A stretch of 64,000 nt of DNA from Bacteriovoracaceae bacterium (GTDB lineage Bacteria > Bdellovibrionota > Bacteriovoracia > Bacteriovoracales > Bacteriovoracaceae): positions 1 through 64,000 of the forward strand of contig JABIHA010000073.1 of the NCBI GenBank assembly GCA_018649885.1, given 5' to 3'. The translations under genes and the position numbers were made by a program. Below are positions 1 to 9,870 of the stretch, in pieces. How positions within the stretch are numbered: the stretch's first letter is position 1; each line of letters begins with the position of its first letter. The notes under the pieces are model-generated. The model saw only the letters and a list, made by a program, of their open reading frames with translations, searched no databases and was not told where the DNA came from.

Positions 1-87
1 GTTCTAGGGGCATTGCCCCCTGCTCCTTTAAAATTAAGAAGAAGAGAATCTAAATGATTGAAAAGAGGAATTTAATTTAACCACGGG

Positions 88-2019
88 GTGGGTGATAATT
101 CGGCCGTTACAGTGGATGACTTTTCAACTGCAAAAACCACTAATGCAGCCTTTTTGGAGTCCACTGCACTGAAAGATCGTGTTCTTTCGGTAATGCAAAA
201 GAACAAATTGTCAGCTTTTATTGATGAAATAGAATTGGCGATTCCTGCATCGTTTAGAAATAGTTTTAAAAATAAGGTCCAAGTCGTTTTTAAAAAACTG
301 GATAAAACATCTAAGTTGGTATTACCCCTGTGTCCTGGAGAATCTAAAACATTTTCTGAAAGGGTGATTTATGGCCTAAATAACCCATTTGGAGTCAATC
401 AAAGAAAAATATGGATCAATCAACATTTTTTAGACACAATATTGGACGGAGAGGAACGGGCAGCAACATATCGATGTGGACACAAAAATTCTTATAAGTT
501 AGCAAAAGCGGCAGTCATTCATGAATTGGCCCACCAATTTGATTATGATGGAAAAATTCTAGGAGTTTTTAAAAGTAAAATCTCTTCAAAAAAACGTTTT
601 AAATATTTAAATAATTTCAATAAATCTTTTTCTACATTACAAATCTGGAAAAAGAAAAATAAAAATCATATTAGAGATTTAAGCTCCACTGAGTCCGACG
701 GTCTACGAGAGGCCTTTGCAGTCAATATGGAATACTTTCTTCTCGATAAGGACTATAAGTGTAGAAGACCAAGTTATTATAATTTCTTTAGCTCTGAATT
801 TAATCATATCCCTTTTAAAGAATACAATTGTGAAAGTGGCACAACAATATTTCTAAAAGATGACCCGTTATTAGATCGTAAAAATCTTGTGGATTTAGAT
901 CCCTCACGCATTTATCAAATTCATTATGTTGTAGCAGGGAAAGGAAGAACTATTGGAAGTCGCTGGGGTCATTCCATGTTTAAATTTGTAATTTGCTCTC
1001 CCAAACGGGTGGATATCGGTCCCGATTGTCTAAAAGATGTTCAGTATCATGTGATTGCCAACTATCGGGCCAGCATTACAGACATAACAGTTTCAAATTT
1101 TAAAGGAATTATTGGAAAATATCCCTCACGCCTATTTTTTCAAACTTTCATATCACTTCTTAGAGAATATAATTCTGTTGAGTTTAGAGATGTTATAAGT
1201 GTTCCATTTAATTTTAGTCGAAGTGATATTGATTTGTTCACATCTAGAATTTTAGAACAATATTGGCAATATCAAGGGAAGTATTATTTTTTTAGTAATA
1301 ACTGTGGCCATGAATCGAATCAATTTGTAAAAGCAATATCAGATGATCATCAAATATTAGATAGTAAAAAGTTTTTCCCACTCAAAATATTGGAATATTG
1401 GGGCCAGATAGGATTTACTGACAATTCTGTCCTAAATGATGAAAAGTATGCCATTGAAAATGGTTTTTTATTTAAATCATCTCTCGATATATATGAGAAA
1501 GCATTCCAGGCAATAGGCCCTAATTTAGAAGATGTTTACACTTATATAACAAAATCTACAGCGCTTGAGCGAAGAGAATTGTATCTTAGAGGAAAGGCGG
1601 AAGTGAAGAGTCATCAACAAAAAATCATTCTAGTTAGTTCTTTTCTCAAACTGGAAAATAAATTTTATCATAGCTTACAGGCAAACTCTTGGAAGAAGCT
1701 CGCCACAATGTATGTTAAAAAAGAAAAATATCCTCATGTTGCAGATATAATTGACCCTGTTAAGGATCAAATCGTAGGATTTTTCACAAAACATATCTCT
1801 TCGTTTCTAAATACGGGATATGGCATACCATTAAAAAAAGAAAATGATGAATTAATTGATTCACTAATAAAAAAACAATCAAATTTACAGAAAATTAACG
1901 TCTTTTCTTTTATCCGTGACAATTTTTCTGCTGAATTAGCTGAAGAATTTAAAGAATTAGATTTAACAAATGAAAATATCCAATTATTTATGCGTGGATA
2001 TTTAAACCCGGAGGGTTAA
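88..2019 (+). CDS. DUF4105 (Lnb N-terminal-like) domain protein with N-terminal HEXXH metallopeptidase-like region
   Basis: 643-aa ORF; VIHELAHQF followed by EAFAVNMEYFL; SRWGHSM and YYFFSNNC motifs typical of DUF4105; GTG start uncertain. Confidence 0.75.
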   Translation: MGDNSAVTVDDFSTAKTTNAAFLESTALKDRVLSVMQKNKLSAFIDEIELAIPASFRNSFKNKVQVVFKKLDKTSKLVLPLCPGESKTFSERVIYGLNNPFGVNQRKIWINQHFLDTILDGEERAATYRCGHKNSYKLAKAAVIHELAHQFDYDGKILGVFKSKISSKKRFKYLNNFNKSFSTLQIWKKKNKNHIRDLSSTESDGLREAFAVNMEYFLLDKDYKCRRPSYYNFFSSEFNHIPFKEYNCESGTTIFLKDDPLLDRKNLVDLDPSRIYQIHYVVAGKGRTIGSRWGHSMFKFVICSPKRVDIGPDCLKDVQYHVIANYRASITDITVSNFKGIIGKYPSRLFFQTFISLLREYNSVEFRDVISVPFNFSRSDIDLFTSRILEQYWQYQGKYYFFSNNCGHESNQFVKAISDDHQILDSKKFFPLKILEYWGQIGFTDNSVLNDEKYAIENGFLFKSSLDIYEKAFQAIGPNLEDVYTYITKSTALERRELYLRGKAEVKSHQQKIILVSSFLKLENKFYHSLQANSWKKLATMYVKKEKYPHVADIIDPVKDQIVGFFTKHISSFLNTGYGIPLKKENDELIDSLIKKQSNLQKINVFSFIRDNFSAELAEEFKELDLTNENIQLFMRGYLNPEG

Positions 2020-2367
2020 ATGAAATTTTTTTTTGTAGCAGTACTAGTCTCTAGCATTTTAATGCTAAGCAACTCAAATCAAGAAGCAAAAGCGGCGAGC
2101 TCAGGTGAGGTTGCAATGACAATTGGAGCATCTATTGGAACGATATTGCTTGTGGAAGCTTCTCAAATGTCGTCAATGCAAAACCATGAGTACAATGAGG
2201 CCATTGGCCAAGAAGTTTTAGATTACTTGATTTTGACTCCAGCCGAGAGAGAAGAGGTAATTTTGGGCCCTATTTTGCAGTCTTATATCGACTTGGGATT
2301 GGAAGAAAATCCTGAGAAAGATGTTGCTGAAATTTTTGAAGATCTTCTAGAAAGTTCGATCAATTAA
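2020..2367 (+). CDS. Small secreted/membrane hypothetical protein, translationally coupled to the DUF4105 gene
   Basis: ATG directly follows the upstream TAA; GGAGG SD; signal peptide ending AKA. Confidence 0.7.
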   Translation: MKFFFVAVLVSSILMLSNSNQEAKAASSGEVAMTIGASIGTILLVEASQMSSMQNHEYNEAIGQEVLDYLILTPAEREEVILGPILQSYIDLGLEENPEKDVAEIFEDLLESSIN

Positions 2368-2377
2368 AAAAATACTC

Positions 2378-2400
2378 AGGTGCCAGTCAAGCTGGTGCCT
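2378..2400 (+). repeat. Hairpin AGGTGCCAG-tcaag-CTGGTGCCT (terminator or REP-like)
   Basis: 9-bp stem with two G.U pairs on the + strand, 11 nt after the stop at 2367. Confidence 0.5.
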
Positions 2401-2522
2401 ACTCACATTTTACAAACAACAATGTTAAACTGGCATCACCCCGCTTTTTACAAAACACAAAATATACTAGTACTACCCACACATCTAAATTTTAAAAAAA
2501 ACAAAATTTGATGAAGAATTTG

Positions 2523-2865
2523 CGATGCAAAGTATGCGGTCAGGTGGGTCGTTGTTTTGTTATTTATTTGTGCCCGAGCCGAATCAAATTAGGAGGGGAA
2601 TTGGTTTTTCTTTCGGCCCTTGTTCACGGCGTAGTTTGGAGGTTGGGATTAGTTAGGTGTGAATTGCGAGGGCATCTTTTTTATGAATTTGGGTGGAAGA
2701 CTTCTGGTAAGGAATGAATGGTGAATCTTTGGGAGATTTGATAGCTCCTTGAAAGAGGAAGCGTGGGCCCCCTCAAGGGCCCCTTGAGCGCCTGATCTGA
2801 TACTTCTATTTTTATTCCAAGAATAAATTTTAGAGAAAGATTTTTCGATGCAAAGTGTGCGGTCA
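2523..2865. repeat. 20-bp direct repeat pair CGATGCAAAGT(A/G)TGCGGTCA
   Basis: Copies at 2523-2542 and 2846-2865 with one mismatch; they enclose the palindrome CTCAAGGG-C-CCCTTGAG at 2772-2788. Confidence 0.8.
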
Positions 2866-3116
2866 TATGAAATTATTTTAACTTTGGGAAATGTAAGAAG
2901 ATTTTTTTGGGAATAAAAAACTTTGCTTTTGATGGGGATGCTAATGGGTATTGATAAGGCCTGTTTTTGAGTATGGTTTTGTTGAATCTTTTTTTTGGAA
3001 AATGAGTTCAAAATTTAGGTTTTAGTAATTAGGTTTGAAGTGATGGGGCTTACATTTTGGAGGGGTTTTTGTTTAACCTGGTATTGTGGTAGAAATGATT
3101 GTGGTTTGGGGGTTAT

Positions 3117-3872
3117 ATGAGAATTTTTAGTGAGATAAAAGAATTGGTTAGGGTTGAAAAAAATTTTACTCAGAAGGTTTTGAGGAAGTTGATGGTTATT
3201 GAAAAAGAGAAACTCTACTGTGATTTGAAGTATTCTTCCTTGTATAAATATATTGTGAAGGAGCTTGGGTACTCAGATGCTGAGGCCAGTATTCGAGTAA
3301 ATGCAACTCGCTTGATGCTTAAGTCTGAAGTGGCGCTTACAAAAATTGAGTCAGGGGAGTTGACACTGACTAATGCGGCCTGTGCAAATAGGATTTTGCA
3401 GGGGAGTCGTGATCAACAGTTTATTGAAGATGTCGTGGGAAAAGCGTCGGGGTGTTCTACTCGGGAGTTTAAGAAAATTGTGAGTGAAGACTACCAAATT
3501 GAAAGGCGAGAGACGTTAGTACTTAGTGAATTTATGCTTTTGAAATTTGATCGGCTTCGCAAGGTTTATGGGGATCTTTCAACTCATGAATTGATTCAGA
3601 TACTTCTTGAAAAAGAATTATCGGCTCCTGGGAAGGTGCAACGTGTTCGCAAATTGAGTGTGAAAAACTCTCGGTTTATTCCTAAGGGGGTGAAGCGTGA
3701 GGTTTATACTGGAGAGTGTGCCAATTGTGGGGTGAGACATGGGCTTGAGTATGATCATAAGCTTAAGTTTTCTCATGGAGGGGATAATAGTGTTGGGAAT
3801 ATTCAAATTCTTTGTGGGGCATGTAACCGGAGGAAAGAAATTGTGGCCAGGGGAATGAATTTATTTTGTTAG
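3117..3872 (+). CDS. HNH endonuclease with DUF222-like N-terminal region
   Basis: C-terminal CANC..LEYDHK..GG..NIQILCGACN zinc-HNH motif; N-terminal LYCDLKYSSLYKYIVKELGYSDAEASIR; ATG at 3117 after a G-rich SD preferred over TTG at 3099. Confidence 0.85.
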   Translation: MRIFSEIKELVRVEKNFTQKVLRKLMVIEKEKLYCDLKYSSLYKYIVKELGYSDAEASIRVNATRLMLKSEVALTKIESGELTLTNAACANRILQGSRDQQFIEDVVGKASGCSTREFKKIVSEDYQIERRETLVLSEFMLLKFDRLRKVYGDLSTHELIQILLEKELSAPGKVQRVRKLSVKNSRFIPKGVKREVYTGECANCGVRHGLEYDHKLKFSHGGDNSVGNIQILCGACNRRKEIVARGMNLFC

Positions 3873-3913
3873 GGGGGCACCTAGCTAAATTTCTCTACCA
3901 CTGCAATAGAAGA

Positions 3914-5107
3914 TTAATTTGTCTTAAGGCTCACTCCAAAGTGGTCGGATAAATTGGTTTTTATGTTTTTGCCTTTTACTTTGACTGTTACTTCATTATC
4001 AAAATCGATAGTGACTAGAGGGGGAGTTTTAGTGGCAACTCCTTTGGTGAAAATATGATCAATTAAGATATTTTTATGAGTCCTACTAGTAAGTGTATTT
4101 CTTGAACAAAAACTACATCCACTTTTTATGGTTTCAGGATTATAGCTACTCACAAAATCATCGTAGCCATCTGCTTTGATTAAATTACATATTTCAACAA
4201 AGTCGTCTTTTACTTTTGCCGTTTTATTTTCAAAGCTACAATTGAAATCTCCCAGCAGGTAGCGCTGGCCTGATTTTTTGCCAACACTTTGGTCCATGAA
4301 TTTTAATATCTCTTTGGCCTGGGCCAGGCTCTCTTGTTTAAAGCCAGCAAGATCTCCAGCATAAGTCATGGTGGAGGCCAAATTGGCCTGAAGATGAGCG
4401 CAAACGATGTGGCGATCGACGCCATCCACTTTCACTTGTGCGTAAAGGCCGACCCTTCTGACAGTGCTTGAGATATCTTTTAAATCGACTGAAGCTGTCT
4501 TGGTAATAGGATGTTTACTGTATATAGCGAGCCCGTTACCTCCGCGGTAGCTGAAAATCGAAGGCCTTTGGAAGGGGCCGAGCAAATTGTAGAGCTGCTG
4601 AATCAGAGGAAGGCTCACTTGAGCGTAAACTGACTTTAAGCACTCAGGTCTACTGGCGGCCAAATATTTAAAAGCGGGATCACACTTTTGTAAGATACAA
4701 TCATTTTTACTAGAATCTTTTTTGTCAGAGCAAAGATCTTGCATACAGGTAAGAAGCCTCTTTTCTCCCGACACTTCTCCGAAAAGATCACCGGTCTTGC
4801 AGGCAGGTGCACTTGTGGTCTTCACCATTTTACTCTCCACTTGGTAGGAGTAGGGAAAACTTTTCTTTAAGGCCCGAGTCATCTTTTTTCGATCACTTTT
4901 TGACCACAACTCTTGAAGACACAAAATATCACTATCAGACTCAGCAATTGCTTTTTTAAGTAGTGGAAGTCTCAGCTGAGAGTACTCAACGAAGCCTTTG
5001 GCGAGACCTACATTATAGGTGGTTAATTTAAGGCCGGCTGCCATGGAGGAGCTGATTAAAAGGAAGTGCAAACAAAGATATAAAGATTTTTTCATTATTT
5101 TCTCCAA
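3914..5107 (-). CDS. Secreted endonuclease/exonuclease/phosphatase (EEP) family protein
   Basis: TYNV, LCLQE, GDFN, IDH and SDH motifs; signal peptide; Cys-rich insertion. Confidence 0.85.
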   Translation of the reverse strand: MEKIMKKSLYLCLHFLLISSSMAAGLKLTTYNVGLAKGFVEYSQLRLPLLKKAIAESDSDILCLQELWSKSDRKKMTRALKKSFPYSYQVESKMVKTTSAPACKTGDLFGEVSGEKRLLTCMQDLCSDKKDSSKNDCILQKCDPAFKYLAASRPECLKSVYAQVSLPLIQQLYNLLGPFQRPSIFSYRGGNGLAIYSKHPITKTASVDLKDISSTVRRVGLYAQVKVDGVDRHIVCAHLQANLASTMTYAGDLAGFKQESLAQAKEILKFMDQSVGKKSGQRYLLGDFNCSFENKTAKVKDDFVEICNLIKADGYDDFVSSYNPETIKSGCSFCSRNTLTSRTHKNILIDHIFTKGVATKTPPLVTIDFDNEVTVKVKGKNIKTNLSDHFGVSLKTN

Positions 5108-5230
5108 AAGTTCTGGGAGGTTAGCATCTTCGTGCTTCTGTGCACATAAGAAATTCCTATTTTACCTGGTTAACTTTGTTTCAACTGTCATGTTTGCTAG
5201 AGATGATAACTTCTGATATTAAGCACTTAT

Positions 5231-6271
5231 ATGAAATTTCGCGAAAATAAGAACAAAGATATTATAGTGTGGTTGGGTGTTGTATGCCTTCTGGTTCTCT
5301 CTACAGTTATTGTGGGCGGAATTACCAGGCTGACTCATTCAGGTCTTTCGATGGTGGACTGGAAGCCTATTATGGGCGTGATTCCTCCCATTACTGATCA
5401 GCAGTGGGCCCTAAGTTTTGCCAAGTACAAAAACTTTCCTGAATATATCAGTGTATTTCCGAGTATGAGCTTAGCTGAATACAAATCTATATTTTTTTGG
5501 GAATACCTTCACCGTATGATTGGTAGACTGATTGGGATTGTCTTCTTTTTTCCTTGGCTCTATTTTTCCCTAAAACGCAGATACAATTTGTGGACAGGTA
5601 CTAAATTATTTTTTGGATTTATTCTTGGTGGCATGCAAGGCGTGCTGGGTTGGTACATGGTCAAAAGCGGTCTGGTCAATATCCCAGAAGTCAGCCACTA
5701 CCGGTTGGCCGCTCACCTAGTTTTGGCCTTGATTATCCTAGGCTATCTTTTGTGGCAATTATTAGATTTCCTAAATTTAGCTCACACTGAAAAAACTCAA
5801 ACAAATAATGGAAGCTGGAAGGCCTCCTTTTTCATAAGCATGGTGATTTTGCTCCAAATTGTTTACGGTGCCTTTATGTCGGGGCTTCATGGTGGATTTG
5901 TGCACAATACCTTTCCCAGCATGAGTGGCAGCTTTATGCCTTCTGATATTTGGATGCTGACACCCGGATGGCACAACCTAGTTGAAAATGTCACAAGTGT
6001 TCAATTTATCCACCGCTCACTGGCCTGGTTTTTAGTGCTCCTTGTGATCTTGCATTTTGGAACTGCTAGGAAGAAAGTTCAAAATAGATGGCAGCAAAAC
6101 TCACTGAAATTTTTAATAGCGGTACTTTCTTTTCAATTTTTTATTGGGGTGGCAACTCTACTTCTTGTTGTACCTGTTCCACTTGCTAGTCTTCACCAAT
6201 TTGGTGGCGCCCTTTTGTTTATGGCCGCCATTTTCTCGGCTTACACTTTTAAGAACACCAGTGCTGCCTAA
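5231..6271 (+). CDS. ctaA: Heme A synthase (COX15/CtaA type 2)
   Basis: GGITRLTHSGLSM, FFWEYLHR, GWYMVKSG, RLAAHL, QFIHR and LHQ motifs; multiple TM helices. Confidence 0.93.
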   Translation: MKFRENKNKDIIVWLGVVCLLVLSTVIVGGITRLTHSGLSMVDWKPIMGVIPPITDQQWALSFAKYKNFPEYISVFPSMSLAEYKSIFFWEYLHRMIGRLIGIVFFFPWLYFSLKRRYNLWTGTKLFFGFILGGMQGVLGWYMVKSGLVNIPEVSHYRLAAHLVLALIILGYLLWQLLDFLNLAHTEKTQTNNGSWKASFFISMVILLQIVYGAFMSGLHGGFVHNTFPSMSGSFMPSDIWMLTPGWHNLVENVTSVQFIHRSLAWFLVLLVILHFGTARKKVQNRWQQNSLKFLIAVLSFQFFIGVATLLLVVPVPLASLHQFGGALLFMAAIFSAYTFKNTSAA

Positions 6272-6274
6272 AAA

Positions 6275-7363
6275 TTACATCCAACTCTTCCAATACTCAG
6301 AAATTTCATGACTAGAAAATTGATCAGTTGGTTTTAGTGGATATCTGGTATCAATCATCACAGCAAATTCATCGGTGCGAGTTTTATCATCGATGGAATT
6401 AACGGCCTTTGGGTGAGGCCCGTGGTCAATGCCTTGGGGATGAAAAGTCAGCGCTCCTGAATCTATATTGGCACGAGAGAAGAAGTCTCCTTTGTGATAA
6501 AAAAGAACTTCATCGTAGTCAATATTTGAATGATAAAAGGGAACTCTCAGTACTTTTTCATCTTTATCTTCAAGAGGCCTTTCCACAAAACTACAAACCA
6601 CAAAGTTATGAGACATAAAAGTTGTGTGGCCTGAAGGTGGTATATGGTAGCGGTGACTCATAATAGGGCAGATATCATAGATCGATAGCTTCCAAGGGTA
6701 GCCTGAGCCCTTCCATCCCACAACATCAAGAGGATTAAAGGGGTAGGTAACAGTGGTGATTTCACCTAAGCGTTTTATTTCTAATTGGTACTCGCTGGCA
6801 TCATTGTCACTTCCCACTCTTGCCTGTGGAGTTTCAATGGCGGTCTGGTCGTAAAGAGCGTTGGGCCCTAGTAAATTTCGGTCCACTTGCTCAAACTCTC
6901 CAGCGGATTCAACTTTTAATATTTTAGAATGAGTTCCCACGAAAATTTTATAAGTTGTCCCTCGTGGCATTACAACATAATCACCTCCCAGAAAAGGAAG
7001 AGGTCCAAAGCTTGTTTCAATGACGCCATTTCCCTCGTGAATAAAAAAGAGTTCATCGGCATCAGCATTTCTAAAAAAGTTTACAAAGCTATTTTTAAAT
7101 TCTCCCATGGAAATGATGACATCTGCATTATACAGAAATGGAGTGAAGCATTCACTCAAAACCTTATCTCCAAAAAGAGGGGGCAGACACCTAGGCCTTA
7201 GATTTCCCTCTATCTTGGTCCAACCAGTAGGTGGATTTTCATGGTAGAGCTGAGAGACTCTTCCGAAAAATCCTTTTCGTCCAATCTCTTGCTCGTATGT
7301 CCCATCAGGAATTCTGACGTGTGCTTGTTTCGTATAAATACCCGATGCTTTAAATGATTCCAC
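6275..7363 (-). CDS. hmgA: Homogentisate 1,2-dioxygenase
   Basis: RNADADEL, PLDVVGWKG, PFYHSNIDYDE and HGPHP iron-ligand motifs; lies directly downstream of hppD. Confidence 0.9.
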   Translation of the reverse strand: MESFKASGIYTKQAHVRIPDGTYEQEIGRKGFFGRVSQLYHENPPTGWTKIEGNLRPRCLPPLFGDKVLSECFTPFLYNADVIISMGEFKNSFVNFFRNADADELFFIHEGNGVIETSFGPLPFLGGDYVVMPRGTTYKIFVGTHSKILKVESAGEFEQVDRNLLGPNALYDQTAIETPQARVGSDNDASEYQLEIKRLGEITTVTYPFNPLDVVGWKGSGYPWKLSIYDICPIMSHRYHIPPSGHTTFMSHNFVVCSFVERPLEDKDEKVLRVPFYHSNIDYDEVLFYHKGDFFSRANIDSGALTFHPQGIDHGPHPKAVNSIDDKTRTDEFAVMIDTRYPLKPTDQFSSHEISEYWKSWM

Positions 7364-7373
7364 CTATACCTCC

Positions 7374-8417
7374 TTACTCTTCAAAGTAACCACGTTTTTG
7401 CTGATCTTTTTCAATGGAGCGAAATAATGCACCAAAGTTTCCCTCTCCAAATGAGAAGTGATTCTTTCTTTGAATAATTTCTATAAAGATTGGTCCAAAA
7501 AGATTTTTTGTGAAAATTTGAAGTAGATAACCTCTATCATCCCCGTCAACAAGAAGCTGCAGCTCCTTTAGCTTGTCATGATCTTCAGTGACGCCAGGAA
7601 CTCGCTCAAACACAGTGTCATAATATTCATCATCTATATCAAGAGTATCGATAGAAGTGGTTTTTAAATCATTTATGGTGGTCACAATGTCATGGGTAAG
7701 AAAGGCCAAGTGTTGAACCCCAGGGCCTTTGTATTCATCAAGGTATTCGTTGATTTGAGATTTTCTCTCGGTGCCTTCATTAATAGGGATACAAAAAAGG
7801 CCGCAAGGAGACTTAAGAGCAAATGATCTAAGACCGGTCTTCTCACCTCTGATATCAAAATACCTGACTTCAGTGAAACCAAAAATATTCTTATAAAAAT
7901 CTGCCCACTTTGAAAGCTCACCTTTGTAAACATTATTTGTGAGGTGATCAATTAAAATCATTCCTTTATCTGCCACTTTTGTGGGAGATGGATGAGCGGT
8001 AAAACTTAAATTTTTGTAAACATTTTCATGACTGTCTTCTTCAATGAAGTAGATAATACTGTCGCCGATGCCATAGATAGCAGGAATCAGATTTCCACCA
8101 CTGCCTTTGAAGTCTCCTTCCTCGCAAGCCTTGGCCCCTGCACTTACGGCCTTTTCTAAGGCCACGTTCGCGTCCTTTACTCTCCAGCCCATTGAGCTAA
8201 TGCTGTGGCCGTGAAGGCCCGCAAATTTTTTGCCAAAACTACCGTCTTCATCATTGATCATGAAGTTGATAGCATTTTGCTGATAGAGGGATATATTTTT
8301 TTGGGAGTGTTTGAGGGTTCTTGAAAATCCAAACTCTTCAAATATTTTATGTAAGTATGAAGGGTCGGGGGATGCGTACTCAACAAACTCAATTCCGTTT
8401 AGTCCAAGCGGGTTCAT
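7374..8417 (-). CDS. hppD: 4-hydroxyphenylpyruvate dioxygenase
   Basis: NPLGLNGIEFVE, IDHLTNNV, GVQHLAF, LLQIFT and EIIQRK..FGEGNF motifs. Confidence 0.95.
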   Translation of the reverse strand: MNPLGLNGIEFVEYASPDPSYLHKIFEEFGFSRTLKHSQKNISLYQQNAINFMINDEDGSFGKKFAGLHGHSISSMGWRVKDANVALEKAVSAGAKACEEGDFKGSGGNLIPAIYGIGDSIIYFIEEDSHENVYKNLSFTAHPSPTKVADKGMILIDHLTNNVYKGELSKWADFYKNIFGFTEVRYFDIRGEKTGLRSFALKSPCGLFCIPINEGTERKSQINEYLDEYKGPGVQHLAFLTHDIVTTINDLKTTSIDTLDIDDEYYDTVFERVPGVTEDHDKLKELQLLVDGDDRGYLLQIFTKNLFGPIFIEIIQRKNHFSFGEGNFGALFRSIEKDQQKRGYFEE

Positions 8418-8515
8418 TTGTTCTCCATGCAGAAGTTAAAAAACTGCTAAATACTATGATACCCGTTAGAAAAAGTATAGAAGTCCCGGTGCGCTTCACC
8501 GAGACATAAGGGGAC

Positions 8516-9631
8516 CTAGAATGCTAAGGCCACTCCAGTATAAGTTCCTATTAAAACAACTCGAATCAACTCAGATTTTGAGGCCCATTTTTTCTTTTCA
8601 ACAATGGCCGCTAAGTTCATTAGCCCCCAAACAATTACTGAGACAATAAGAAAATTTTGAATTGCATCTTGAGTTCTATGAAATTTAAGGCCGTAGACTA
8701 AAAATCCCAGCAGAGCTATAAATTGAACTACCACATAGTTTTTCTCCCAATTGACGAGAGATTTTTTAGCAGGTTTTTGGACCGCCACTTTTTCTCCAAG
8801 AGCTGCTCTTTCCTGGTCGCTCAACCACTCAGGAGCTGCGATCCACAATTTCAGCTTGTCTGAGAGATTGTCCATTTTTTTCATCCGCGCTATTAGGTAT
8901 TCGAAATATACAGTGTTGGCATAAAGAGGATTAATACTATCAAAAGGAGTTTGCAGACCAAACTTAACCTCTTCAACTTCTGGTTCAAAAGTTCCAAATA
9001 GTCTGTCCCATATAATAAAAACAGCTGCGCAATTTTTGTCTAAGTATTGAGGGTTTTTCCCGTGGTGAACTCTGTGGTGACTGGGAGTAACCATAAACCA
9101 CTCTAGAGGGCCCATTTTATCAATAACTCTTGTGTGAAGCCAAAATTGATAGAGCAGGATTATCACTGAACTACCAACAAACATCACAACTGGAGCGCCT
9201 ACTAAGGCCAGTGGTAAATAGAAAACCCATCTAAAAACAGGAGCAAACCAACTCTGCCTTAGGGCCACAGACATATTGTACTGTTCACTTTGATGGTGAA
9301 CGGTGTGAAATCCAATAAATATATTCACCCGGTGACCCATAATGTGAAAGCAGTAAAAGCATAGATCTGTTAGGGCGACTACTAGGAGCCAATGGAGGGC
9401 ATTGCTTGTATCAAGGTCGGTAAAGCGGTAATTTTCCCAAACATAGTGGTAGCCACCAAGGGCCACTACTTTAATAAAGATACCAATGGCCTGTTGACCT
9501 ACACCTTGGCTGAGATTGCTGAGTGTATCTTTAAAGTTATAGAACCCCTTTTTTTTCCACACAGAAAAGGAAATCTCTAGCGCCATCAGCACGAGCATAA
9601 TAGGTATTGATATAAGCATTAGATCCTTCAT
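8516..9631 (-). CDS. Sterol desaturase / fatty-acid hydroxylase family protein (alkylglycerol monooxygenase-like)
   Basis: His boxes HIMGH, HTVHH and HHRVHH; ALRQSW and IWDRLFGTF motifs. Confidence 0.88.
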   Translation of the reverse strand: MKDLMLISIPIMLVLMALEISFSVWKKKGFYNFKDTLSNLSQGVGQQAIGIFIKVVALGGYHYVWENYRFTDLDTSNALHWLLVVALTDLCFYCFHIMGHRVNIFIGFHTVHHQSEQYNMSVALRQSWFAPVFRWVFYLPLALVGAPVVMFVGSSVIILLYQFWLHTRVIDKMGPLEWFMVTPSHHRVHHGKNPQYLDKNCAAVFIIWDRLFGTFEPEVEEVKFGLQTPFDSINPLYANTVYFEYLIARMKKMDNLSDKLKLWIAAPEWLSDQERAALGEKVAVQKPAKKSLVNWEKNYVVVQFIALLGFLVYGLKFHRTQDAIQNFLIVSVIVWGLMNLAAIVEKKKWASKSELIRVVLIGTYTGVALAF

Positions 9632-9870
9632 AAATTATCCCTTGTCACTAATTTCACTGGTTTACATTAGTTCAAAAACCATAATAATGACACAGTGCAT
9701 ACTTTTCAAGGCTTTTACCTATATTTACAAGGCCTTGAGCTCAATATCTATTTCTTGAATGGTGAAACGCTTGGAAAATTTCGCTCAGTAGCATTAGGCG
9801 ACACTGATAAACTCTAACATCTCTATTTTTAACTACACGATCCTTTTCAGCTAAGTTCATAATTATCCAC

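Noticed and set aside
2508..3011. Short ORFs 2508..2717 (+), 2649..3011 (-) and 2681..2866 (-)
   Set aside because: No SD or domain, and amino-acid content simply reflects the local G/T skew; treated as non-coding leader
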